NCBI GenBank assembly: GCA_963751435.1
Contig: CAVVUP010000029.1
Location: forward strand, 133,750-197,749
Direction: 5' to 3'
Source of the DNA: an uncultured Verrucomicrobiae bacterium
GTDB taxonomy: Bacteria; Verrucomicrobiota; Verrucomicrobiia; Limisphaerales; DSYF01
DNA: 64,000 nucleotides
The notes below the pieces were generated by a model. That model made no database searches and was not told the origin of the DNA. It saw only the letters and a program-made list of their open reading frames with translations. A program made the position numbers and the translations under genes. Positions within the stretch are counted from its first letter, which is position 1, and every line of letters starts with the position of its first letter. Shown piece by piece: positions 22,960 to 32,241 of this stretch.

Positions 22960-24379
22960 CGTGTTCTGGCCATATCCCGCCTTGGCGGGGCGTGAGGGGT
23001 TGGGGGAGGCATTACCGGTTTGGAAAGCGGTGCCGGGTGACCGCACTCCAGGAGCCGCGCCAGCTCGCGCACTGTCCACTCGATCTGGTTCTCCGTGATG
23101 GTCAGCGGCGGTGTGAAACTGATCACGTTGCCGTGCTCGCCTTCCGGCAGGAGGATGAATCCCCGACGGAGCATGCGCTTGATGATTGCGAAGGTTTCCG
23201 TGGTTGCCGGGTACCATCGGGATGGCACAGCTCGAGGCCGACCATCAAGCCAAGCCCTCGGACGTGGTGCGTGGTGCGTGGTGCATCGAGGAGGCGGAGG
23301 AGGGTGCGGCCGAGGCGGGCGCTCCGGTGCACCAGCTTGAGCCGCTTGATCTCCGCGACCTGCGCCAACGCCATCGCGCAACCCACCGGATGGCCGAGGA
23401 ATGTGCTCGTGTGAATCGCCTCGCCGGCGGACTTGGGCCAAGCGGCGTCCATGAGGTCCGCCCGTCCGACACAGGCCGACAGCGGGAAGCCGCCCGCCAG
23501 CGCCTTGCCGAGGCAGATGAGGTCGGGAACGGTTCCGCTGTGCTCGCAGGCAAACCAGCGCCCGGTCCGGCCGAACCCGGTGTAAACCTCGTCCAAAATG
23601 AGCAGCGCTCCATGCTGATCGCAGAGTTGGCGGAGTGTTGGCAGGAAATCCTGCGGGGGTACGCGGATGCCTCCGCGCGCCTGGACAGGCTCGACCAGGA
23701 CGGCCCCGATCTTGTGTTTGCGGAAGAGGGACGACGCAGCGGACTGCAACTGGCGCAGGGTGGCCTCCGAGGTGCGCATTTCAGCATGGCACGGATTCGC
23801 ATCGGCAGCGACCGGGTAGGGGAGGAAGTGACCGAATCTTTTTAACTGGTCTTGAAACGGTCCGCGGAAATGTTCCCGATGGGTCACATTCAGTGCCCCG
23901 TAGCCCAGTCCGTGGTAAGCCCCCTCGAACGCCAGGATCCCCGGGTTGCCGGTCGCCAGCCGGGCCGTCTTGAGCGCCGCCTCGACCGCCTCAAACCCGG
24001 AATTGCAGAAGATGCTCTTTCCCCGCTTCGGACTTCGGACTTCGGACTTCGGACTGCCCGCTGTCCACCGCTCAAAAGTCAGACGGCTCAGCTCACGTGC
24101 CAACTGTGCCTTCAGGGCATGCGGGTGCACGTCGCCCATCGCATGCAACAGAGTGGCCATTTGCCGCTGGCCGGCGCGCACGACGCGCCGATTGGCATGG
24201 CCCGCCGCCGCGACGCCGAACGCCGCGGTCAGGTCCAGGTACCTTCGTCCTGCCGCATCCCAAACGTGCACACCGCCAGCGCGCTTCCAGACCATGGGCC
24301 AGGTCCCGTCCGGATCGACGAACGTCACGTTCCGCGATTCATAGCGGCGGAGCAGGTCAAGGACTTGGCGGGTGTTCAT
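22956..24379 (-). CDS. Class-III (acetylornithine/GABA-type) PLP aminotransferase, with one apparent frameshift at 23209-23211
   Basis: Has FCNSGFEAVEAALKTARLATG, LILDEVYTGFGRTGRWFA and HTSTFLGHP motifs. The C-terminus continues in ORF 22956-23441 (...ATTETFAIIKRMLRRGFILLPEGEHGNVISFTPPL). The shift fits a CCCC-to-CCC homopolymer loss. Confidence 0.85.
24026..24055. repeat. Heptanucleotide microsatellite (CTTCGGA)x4.3 inside the aminotransferase CDS
   Basis: Read directly: cttcgga cttcgga cttcgga cttcgga ct. On the coding strand this is (AGTCCGA)4, encoding SPKSEVRSPK. Confidence 0.9.
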
Positions 24380-24380
24380 C

Positions 24381-25124
24381 TCAGACGCCTCGTTGTTGCG
24401 GCGGCCAGATCACCTTGTGCATCTGGAGTTGGAATCGGACGGGCAGGGCATCGGCGAGGATGCGCTCGACCAATGCCTGGCGCGCGAGGGGCGTGTGCCC
24501 TGGCGGCACCGATTTCAAGGAACGATCCTGCTGCTCGGGGTTCAGGGGCTGCACCCAAGAGACCAGCAGGGGACACCGCCCAACCAGTCGGCGGGCCGCA
24601 ATCTGCTCCTTCATCCAGCCGTAATCCTGCTCCGTGCCCACCACGAACTTGATCTCGTCCACGGACTTCAGATGATCGAGGTTCGCCCAGCGGTTGCGGT
24701 CCGATTCCCCGCTGCTGGGACATTTCAGGTCCATGATCCGATGCACACGCGGGTCCACGGTCGAGATATCGTGCGCCCCACCGGTCTCCAGCAGCACAGT
24801 GAACCCGTCATCACAGAGCCGCGCCATCAACGGCAGCACCGCCGGTTGTAACAGCGGCTCGCCCCCGGTGAGCTCGACGAGCGGCAGATGGGCAGATGGG
24901 AGATCGGGGATGGGAGATCGGAACGGCTCCGCCAGGCGGCGCACCTCGCGCAGGACCTCCGCCATCGGCCAGCGTCGCCCCTCGGTGAACGCATACGCCG
25001 TGTCGCAATAGGAACAGCGGAGATTGCAGGCGGTCAGGCGAATGAACACGCAGGGCAGGCCGGCGAAAGTGCTTTCGCCTTGCAGGCTCAGGTAGATCTC
25101 GTTGATCACCAGCGTTTCCGTCAT
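24381..25124 (-). CDS. queE: 7-carboxy-7-deazaguanine synthase (radical SAM)
   Basis: Starts at the ATG at 25124 (MTETLVINEIYLSLQGESTFAGLPCVFIRLTACNLRCSYCDT, a CX3CX2C cluster), then ELTGGEPLLQ. The stop lies 1 nt from the next gene's start. Confidence 0.88.
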   Translation of the reverse strand: MTETLVINEIYLSLQGESTFAGLPCVFIRLTACNLRCSYCDTAYAFTEGRRWPMAEVLREVRRLAEPFRSPIPDLPSAHLPLVELTGGEPLLQPAVLPLMARLCDDGFTVLLETGGAHDISTVDPRVHRIMDLKCPSSGESDRNRWANLDHLKSVDEIKFVVGTEQDYGWMKEQIAARRLVGRCPLLVSWVQPLNPEQQDRSLKSVPPGHTPLARQALVERILADALPVRFQLQMHKVIWPPQQRGV

Positions 25125-25408
25125 CCCCGCCAGTGTAGCGGTCCGGGCTCGAAAAGAAACCCGTTCGTGGGATGAAACAAATTTTGCGCAAGCGCGCGTT
25201 GGCACCCCGAACCGAATCGGGCACCGCGACAGGGCGATGGTCTCGACCTGAGTCCGCGCACGCCTCGGCCCTCGATGATCAGGGCCGACTCATGTCGGCT
25301 CCGGTTCAAGGGCGCAAGGCGCGGACCCTTTCGGCGAAATCTCCGCCTGAACCTTGTAGCTGTCCTGCCGGGAAGCGCGGCAGCAGCCGGAAGAAGCGCC
25401 CGCCCCGG

Positions 25409-25434
25409 CCCGGTGTAACGCCCCGGTGTAACGC
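25409..25434 (+). promoter_or_regulatory. Perfect tandem 13-bp direct repeat (CCCGGTGTAACGC x2) abutting a TTGACC -35-like hexamer upstream of clpP
   Basis: Read directly at 25409-25421 and 25422-25434. TTGACC lies at 25435-25440, and the clpP ATG is at 25482. Confidence 0.4.
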
Positions 25435-25481
25435 TTGACCCGCCCCACACCGTGACATAGGTTCGCGCGCAGTCTTTTGAC

Positions 25482-26108
25482 ATGATGAACGAACAAAGTT
25501 TTCTGGTGCCGATGGTGGTCGAGCAGACCGGCCGTGGCGAACGGGGTTATGACATCTATTCGCGCCTGCTGGTGGACCGGATTGTGTTTCTCGGCACGCC
25601 TGTGGACGACATGGTTTCCAACCTCATCATTGCGCAGCTCCTGTTTCTGCAGATGACCGACCCCAAGAAGGACATTCACCTCTATTTGAACTCGCCTGGC
25701 GGCAGCGTCACGGCCGGGCTGGCGATTTACGACACCATCCAATACCTGACCTGCGACGTGAACACCTACTGCATCGGACAGGCGGCCAGCATGGGGGCCG
25801 TGTTGCTGGCGGCGGGCACCAAGGGGAAGCGGTTTGCCCTGCCCAATGCCCGCATCATGATCCATCAACCCTGGGGCGGCGTTCAGGGGCAGGCGACCGA
25901 TATCAGCATCCAGGCCCGTGAAATCCTTCGCCTCAAGGATCGTCTTAACGAAATCCTCGCCCATCACACCGGGAAAACCGTCGAGGAAATTGCCAAGGAT
26001 ACCGACCGGGACCGATTTCTGTCGGCAGAAGAGGCCCGCGACTATGGGCTGGTCGATCAGGTGGTGGCTTCACGCAAGGAAATCCCCGCTGACGCCGCCA
26101 AGAGCTAG
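25482..26108 (+). CDS. clpP: ATP-dependent Clp protease proteolytic subunit
   Basis: 208 aa. Has [33 protein letters not shown] and IMIHQP motifs. Confidence 0.96.
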   Translation: MMNEQSFLVPMVVEQTGRGERGYDIYSRLLVDRIVFLGTPVDDMVSNLIIAQLLFLQMTDPKKDIHLYLNSPGGSVTAGLAIYDTIQYLTCDVNTYCIGQAASMGAVLLAAGTKGKRFALPNARIMIHQPWGGVQGQATDISIQAREILRLKDRLNEILAHHTGKTVEEIAKDTDRDRFLSAEEARDYGLVDQVVASRKEIPADAAKS

Positions 26109-26186
26109 ACCCGGCGCCCCTTGGTCTTTCGTATGCTGGCAGTCCTTGGACGATCAGAACCGTGAAATTGGAAAGTTGAGATCCAG

Positions 26187-27488
26187 ATGGCGCGTCCGAC
26201 CAATCTGACCATGTGCAGCTTCTGCGGGAAATCCCACGCAGAAGTGCGCAAGCTGCTTTCCGGCCCGGGCGTTTACATTTGCGACAACTGCGTCATCCTC
26301 TGCAAGAACCTCCTGGATGTGGAGCTGGCTGCCCAGGCCCGAAGCCAAAAAAAGAAGCTCAAGGTCCCCAAACCCGCTGACATCCGTGCCGAGCTGGAAC
26401 GGAATTGCATCGGGCAGGATCACGCCAAGAAAACCCTCTCGGTAGCGGTGCACAACCATTACAAGCGCGTCCATCACAAGCTGGAAAGCGAGGCGGCCAA
26501 GGGGGACGCCAGAGCCGACGATGCCCCGCCTGAACCGCATGCAGAGGTCACCCTTGAGAAAAGCAACATCCTCATGATCGGGCCGACCGGCTCGGGCAAG
26601 ACCTTGATGGCGCGCACGCTGGCCCAGGTCCTTGACGTGCCGTTTGCCATCGCCGACGCCACCACGTTGACCGAAGCCGGTTACGTCGGGGAGGACGTCG
26701 AAAACATCGTCCTGAGACTACTCCAGGCTGCCGATTACGATGTCAGCCGGGCGCAGCGAGGGATTGTTTACATCGACGAGATCGACAAGATTGCACGCAA
26801 GCAAGAGGGGCCGTCGATTACCCGTGACGTGTCGGGCGAAGGCGTGCAGCAGGCATTGCTGAAAATCCTCGAAGGCACGATTTGCAACGTGCCGCCGCAA
26901 GGCGGACGGAAGCATCCCCAACAGGAATACATCAAGGTGGACACCACGGACATCCTGTTCATATGCGGGGGAGCCTTTGGTGGCTTGGAGCGACTGGTGG
27001 AACGCCGCCTCGGGCGCGATGTGATGGGGTTTGGCACTGTGGAACGCCAGCACAAGGTCCGGGATATCGAGCGGGACCGGTTGCTGACCCTGGTTGAACC
27101 GGAAGATCTGCTCAGTTTCGGCTTCATCCCCGAGTTTGTGGGCCGGTTGCCCATGATCACCACCCTGGCGGCGCTGACGGAGGCACAATTGGTCCAGGTG
27201 CTGACCGAACCGCGCAACGCCCTCACCCGGCAGTATGCCAAACTGCTGGGCATGGAAGGCGTGGACCTCGAGTTCCAGGCCCAAGCCCTGCGGGAACTCG
27301 CTTCCCAGGCGATCAAGAAAGGCACCGGCACCCGCGCCCTGCGCAGCCTGTTGGAGAAGCTGATGCTCGACCTCATGTACGACCTGCCCGGGCGGGATGA
27401 CATCAGCCATGTCACCATCACCGCCGAGATGGTGCGCGGCGAAGGGGAAGCCAAGCTTCGCCAACGCGAAAAACGGCGAGCCGCCTGA
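26187..27488 (+). CDS. clpX: ATP-dependent Clp protease ATP-binding subunit ClpX
   Basis: 433 aa. Zinc finger CSFCGK...CDNC, Walker A GPTGSGKT, and [10 protein letters not shown]. Confidence 0.96.
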   Translation: MARPTNLTMCSFCGKSHAEVRKLLSGPGVYICDNCVILCKNLLDVELAAQARSQKKKLKVPKPADIRAELERNCIGQDHAKKTLSVAVHNHYKRVHHKLESEAAKGDARADDAPPEPHAEVTLEKSNILMIGPTGSGKTLMARTLAQVLDVPFAIADATTLTEAGYVGEDVENIVLRLLQAADYDVSRAQRGIVYIDEIDKIARKQEGPSITRDVSGEGVQQALLKILEGTICNVPPQGGRKHPQQEYIKVDTTDILFICGGAFGGLERLVERRLGRDVMGFGTVERQHKVRDIERDRLLTLVEPEDLLSFGFIPEFVGRLPMITTLAALTEAQLVQVLTEPRNALTRQYAKLLGMEGVDLEFQAQALRELASQAIKKGTGTRALRSLLEKLMLDLMYDLPGRDDISHVTITAEMVRGEGEAKLRQREKRRAA

Positions 27489-27589
27489 CCACTACGGCCG
27501 AATGCCGGCCTTGGCCGGGAGCCCGCACAATTCCATCGACACGCCTGCTGAAGCGGCATTAGCTGTGGCGCGAGTTCATCGCACAAACC

Positions 27590-28990
27590 ATGGCCATCCG
27601 CATCACCTTTCACGGGGCCGCCGGCGACGTGACCGGCTCGGCGTATCATATCCAGACCGCACAGGCCAGTGTGCTGCTGGATTTTGGAATGTTCCAGGGG
27701 ATCAAGCAGGCGGAGGATCGCAACCGTGTGCCGCGCGCGCTCAACCCGCGGGAACTGGATGCCGTGCTGGTCACCCACGCTCATCTCGATCACACCGGCC
27801 GGCTCCCGTTGCTCTGCAAGGATGGGTTCAGCGGCCCGATCTATTGCACGCCGGCGACCGCTGAGGTCAGCGCCCTGATCCTGAGAGATTCCGCCAAGGT
27901 GCAGGAGCAGGACGTGACGCGCGCCAATCGCAAACGCGAGCGCGCCGGTCTGGGCCCGGTGTCGCCGTTGTATGGCGCCGCGGATGTCGAGGACCTGGTC
28001 CGTTTGCTGCGGGAGGTGCCTTACAACCAGCCGGTGCCGGTCGCGCCGGGGATGAGGGCCAAATATGTGGAGGCCGGCCACATTCTGGGCAGCGCGAGCA
28101 TCCAGTTGTTCATCCAGGACGGCGGCGAGGAGAAGCGTCTGGTGTTTTCGGGGGACATCGGACCCTGGAATGCGCCCATCCTCAAAGACCCGGAAGGATT
28201 CCATCGGGCACACGCCGTGATCCTGGAATCCACCTACGGCGACCGGGATCATCGCCCCATCGACGCCACCATCCAGGAATTTGAATCCCTGGTGAAGGCC
28301 GCTGTCGAGCACCGCGGCAAGATCCTCATCCCCACCTTCGCGGTCGGACGCGCCCAGTTGCTGATCTACCTGCTGGCCACCATGTTTCGGGAAAAGACCG
28401 TGCCGCCTTTCCCGGTCTATCTCGACAGTCCGATGGCGATCGAGGCGACCCGCATTTACATGAATCATCTGGAGTTGTTTGATGAGGAATTTCATGCGCG
28501 GCTGCGGCGCGAGCGCCCTTTGGCGGCGGATTTGCCAACCCTGAGAGCCACACCCACCGCGCAGGATTCCATGAAGATCAACGACTGCGAAGGTCCCTGC
28601 ATGGTGCTGGCCGGGGCAGGCATGTGCAACGCCGGTCGCATCCTGCATCACCTCAAACAGAACCTGTGGAGGCCGGAAACCGTCGTGATCATCGTGGGCT
28701 TCCAGGCCGAGGGTTCCCTGGGCCGGCTGCTGGTGGAAGGGGAGAAACGCGTGAAAATCTTTGGCGAACAGATCGCGGTCAAAGCCAAGGTGCATTCACT
28801 GGGCGGGTTCAGCGCCCATGCGGGCCGGACGGATCTCTTGCGCTGGTTCGAACCCCTGGCCGCGACACGCCCGCGCGTGATCCTCACTCACGGCGAAGCC
28901 AGGGGGCGTCAGGCGCTGTGCCAGGGCATCCAGGAGACGCATGGACTGGACTGCACGCTGCCGCAGTATGGTGAAACCTGTGAGGTGTAG
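27590..28990 (+). CDS. MBL-fold beta-CASP family RNA-metabolising hydrolase
   Basis: 466 aa. Has VLLDFGMFQG and VLVTHAHLDHTGRLP. A C-terminal GGFSAHAG motif is typical of beta-CASP nucleases. Confidence 0.85.
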   Translation: MAIRITFHGAAGDVTGSAYHIQTAQASVLLDFGMFQGIKQAEDRNRVPRALNPRELDAVLVTHAHLDHTGRLPLLCKDGFSGPIYCTPATAEVSALILRDSAKVQEQDVTRANRKRERAGLGPVSPLYGAADVEDLVRLLREVPYNQPVPVAPGMRAKYVEAGHILGSASIQLFIQDGGEEKRLVFSGDIGPWNAPILKDPEGFHRAHAVILESTYGDRDHRPIDATIQEFESLVKAAVEHRGKILIPTFAVGRAQLLIYLLATMFREKTVPPFPVYLDSPMAIEATRIYMNHLELFDEEFHARLRRERPLAADLPTLRATPTAQDSMKINDCEGPCMVLAGAGMCNAGRILHHLKQNLWRPETVVIIVGFQAEGSLGRLLVEGEKRVKIFGEQIAVKAKVHSLGGFSAHAGRTDLLRWFEPLAATRPRVILTHGEARGRQALCQGIQETHGLDCTLPQYGETCEV

Positions 28991-29002
28991 CATCTGAAGC
29001 CC

Positions 29003-29734
29003 GTGACATCCGTAGAGGTCACCGCCCACCGGGGCAGTTCCGCCAAGGCCCCTGAAAACACGCTCGCGGCTTTTCGACAAGCCATCGCCGACGGGTGCGA
29101 TTACATCGAACTGGATGTGCAGACCTGCGCTGACGGCACCGTGGTGGTGGCGCATGACCGCGACCTCGGGCGCATGGGGGGGGATCCGCGCCACGTGGAA
29201 GTCCTGACCCTTGATGAATTGAAGCAGATCGATGTGGGCCGGCGGTTTTCCGAACGGTATGTCGGCGAACGTGTTCCCACCCTGGCTGAAGTCATCCAGT
29301 TCGTCCGCGGAAGAACCCGGCTCAACATCGAACTGAAGTATCACCGGCCCGACCCAACACTGGTGCCCGCTGTGCTGGGCCTGCTGCACAAGGAACAGTT
29401 CCTGAATCAATGCGTGCTCACGTCGTTCAACGTCGCCGCCCTCCAGGAAGTCAGGGCGGTTGAACCTGCGGCGAGAATCGGCTTGATTGCGACGGAAGCG
29501 AACGCAGGCGTGTTGGAGGTCGAGGCGGATTTTCTAAGTGTTGCCGCATCGGAGGTGACGCCGGGTTTCATCCGGACCGCGCACCGCGCCGGCAAAGCGG
29601 TGCACGTGTGGACGGTCAATGAACCGGCAGCGATGGGGCAGATGACCGAGGCCGGCGCGGACAACATCATCACGGACAAGCCCGACCTGCTTCGCGCCTG
29701 GCTGAACAAGGAACTTGCCAAAGCCGCCTGTTGA
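29003..29734 (+). CDS. Glycerophosphodiester phosphodiesterase
   Basis: 243 aa with a GTG start. Has VTAHRGSSAKAPENTLAAF, IELDVQ and VHVWTVN motifs. Confidence 0.88.
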   Translation: MTSVEVTAHRGSSAKAPENTLAAFRQAIADGCDYIELDVQTCADGTVVVAHDRDLGRMGGDPRHVEVLTLDELKQIDVGRRFSERYVGERVPTLAEVIQFVRGRTRLNIELKYHRPDPTLVPAVLGLLHKEQFLNQCVLTSFNVAALQEVRAVEPAARIGLIATEANAGVLEVEADFLSVAASEVTPGFIRTAHRAGKAVHVWTVNEPAAMGQMTEAGADNIITDKPDLLRAWLNKELAKAAC

Positions 29735-29752
29735 ATCGCTTGATTTGACTCT

Positions 29753-31935
29753 GTGAAACGCATCGCCTCGAACCTGATCTGGCTGGCCGTGGCCTTGCTC
29801 GGTGCCCTGGCCTATGTGACCTTGGCGCTGCATCGGGGAGAGCCCATCAACTCGGCCTACATCCTGCTGGCCGCGCTGTGCACCTACGCCATCGGCTACC
29901 GGTTCTACTCCAAGTGGATCGCCGCGCGGGTGCTGGTGCTCGAACGACCGCCGCGCCACGCCGTGCGAGGTGCACGACGACGGCAAGGATTTCGTCAAGA
30001 CGAACAAGTGGATCGTCTTCGGCCACCATTTCGCCGCCATCTCCGGGCCCGGGCCGCTGGTGGGCCCGGTGCTGGCGGCCCAGTTCGGCTATCTGCCCGG
30101 CACGCTCTGGATTCTGATCGGCGTGGTGCTGGGCGGCGCGGTGCAGGATTTCGTGATTCTGTTCGCCTCGATGCGGCGCGACGGCAAATCGCTGGGCCAG
30201 ATGGTGAAGGAGGAGCTGAACACGCCGGCGGGCTACATCGCGCTGGTGGCCATCCTGGCCATCATGGTCATCCTGCTGGCGGTGCTGGCGCTGGTGGTGG
30301 TGAAGGCGCTGGCGGAAAGCCCCTGGGGCGTGTTCACCGTGGGCGCGACCATCCCCATCGCCATGTTCATGGGCGGCTACCTGCGGTTCTGGCGCGATCG
30401 GCAAGGTGCTGGAAGCGTCGGCCATCGGCGTGGTGCTGCTGCTGCTGGCGGTGTGGGGCGGCAAGCTGTGTCTATGAATACGCGCCGCTGGTCGCAGGTG
30501 TTCACGCTCGGCGACGAACCGCTGGCCTGGGCGATCATCGTCTACGGCCTGGCGGCGAGCGTGCTGCCGGTCTGGCTGCTGCTGGCGCCGCGCGATTACC
30601 TGAGCACCTTCATGAAGCTGGGCACGATCTTCGCCCTGGCGCTGGGCATCTTCCTGGTGCTGCCCGACCTCGCAGATGCCGGCGCTGACCCGGTTCGTGG
30701 ACGGCTCGGGCCTGGTGGTGGCGGGCAAGGTGTTTCCGTTCTGCTTCATCACCATCGCCTGCGGCGCCATCTCCGGCTTCCACACGCTGATCGCCAGCGG
30801 CACCACCCCAAGCTGATCACGCGCGAGAGCTACGCCCGCCCGATCGGCTACGGGGCGATGTGCCTGGAATCGCTGGTGGCCATCATGGCCATGATCGCCG
30901 CCTGCACCCTGGACCCGGGCGTTTACCTCAGCATGAACGTCAAGGGCGACCCGGCCGCCACCGTGGCCGACGGTGACCGTCGCTGGGTTTCCCGGTGACC
31001 GTCGAGCAGATGGACGAGCTGGCGCAAGCGAGGTCGGCGAGAAAACGCTGTTCGGCCGCACGGGCGGCGCCGCCACGCTGGCGGTGGGCATGGCCAGATC
31101 TTCTCGAAGGTCGGTCGGCGCAGCGCTGGCTCGATCTCTGGTACCACTTCGCCATCATGTTCGAGGCGCTGTTCATCCTGACCACCCTCGACGCCGGCAC
31201 GCGGGTGGGGCGCTACATCCTGCAGGACTTCCTGGGCAACCTCTGGAAGCCGCTGGGCGACACCACGCAACCTCGGGCGCCAACCTGCTGGCCAGCGGAC
31301 TGATGGTGAGCGGCTGGGGCTACTTCCTGATCCAGGGCGTGCGCGACCCGCTCGGCGGCATCAACTCGCTCTGGCCGCTCTTCGGCATCGCCAACCAGAT
31401 GCTGGCCGCCATCGCGCTCTGCCTGGCCACGACGATCATCCTGAAGAACTCAGCTCGCGAGAGTCAGCCGGGGCCGCCGTCCGATCCTGGCGCCCCAACA
31501 CGCCGTCGCAGTCCCTGGTTCGCGCTGGTGACCTTCGTGCCGCTGGTCTGGCTGGTGGCGGTGACCTTCACCGCGGGCGTGCAGAAGATCTTGCATGCCG
31601 ATCCGCGCATCGGTTTCCTGGCGCAGGCGGACAACCTGAACAAGGAGTTGCCGGCGCTGGAGCAAGCGGTTGCAGAGGCGCGGACGGCCGGAGACTCGGC
31701 AGCCATCGGGGCGGCGGAGAAGGCGCTGCGCACGAACCGCACCCTTGGGTTCAACAACCGTCTGGACGCGGTCGTTGCCGCCGCGTTCCTCGGCCTCGTC
31801 TCAGTGATCGTGGTCCTGAGCGTGCGCGAATGGGTGTTGCTCCTGGCTCGACGCAAACCCGCAGTGCTCCGCGAAAGCGAGCCTGTCTGGTTGGCGGACT
31901 ACGCGGTGATCGAGGGGGGACGCAGGTTCAGCGGC
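29753..31935 (+). pseudogene. cstA: Carbon starvation protein CstA (peptide/pyruvate transporter family), broken by at least nine frame changes
   Basis: CstA-like peptides appear in alternating frames: YRFYSKWIAARVL / DGKDFVKTNKWIVFGHHFAAISGPGPLVGPVLAAQFGYLPG / IGKVLEASAIGVVLLLLAVWGG / [21 protein letters not shown] / [12 protein letters not shown]...[22 protein letters not shown] / [17 protein letters not shown] / [13 protein letters not shown] / [21 protein letters not shown] / [26 protein letters not shown] / INSLWPLFGIANQMLAAIAL. Confidence 0.85.
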
Positions 31936-32127
31936 GTGGCCGGAACGGCGGCGCTGACGGTTGCCCTCGCGCGCGAGTTGTCCGGCGAAGCGCATTTCGA
32001 GCGGGCCCGGCACGAGCAGGCCGGCGTTTGCACCTGTCCCGTCCCGGGTGCCGGCGCCAAGTCCGCCGAACAGCTCTACCTCGAAGTGACGGAGCACCGG
32101 TTCAACGGCGTCCGACGGTGTTGTTGA
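31936..32127 (+). CDS. Possible YbdD/YjiX (DUF466)-like small protein, in frame with the cstA tail
   Basis: The last ~63 codons end ...SAEQLYLEVTEHRFNGVRRCC*. The terminal R-C-C and the position directly after cstA match the small DUF466 partner genes. A GTG at 31936 is a possible start. No stop separates it from the upstream frame. Confidence 0.35.
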   Translation: MAGTAALTVALARELSGEAHFERARHEQAGVCTCPVPGAGAKSAEQLYLEVTEHRFNGVRRCC

Positions 32128-32241
32128 GGCGAAACCCTCGTAGCCGCCTGACGCGGGTCGGCGCTGATCCCCAACGACCTGAAATCGTGCGGGGACTCAC
32201 GGCGACAGGTTGGTGGAATGTGGCGACCTCCAAGGATCAGC

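Noticed and set aside
25125-25300. A possible preQ1 riboswitch in the queE leader.
   Set aside because: The minus-strand leader shows no preQ1-I/II-like hairpin followed by an A-rich tail, and QueE is not a typical preQ1-riboswitch target here. I found nothing I could support.
26768-28795. A 675-aa minus-strand ORF opposite clpX and the beta-CASP hydrolase.
   Set aside because: It spans two unrelated, well-supported plus-strand genes and the spacer between them, and has no motifs. It is a GC shadow ORF.
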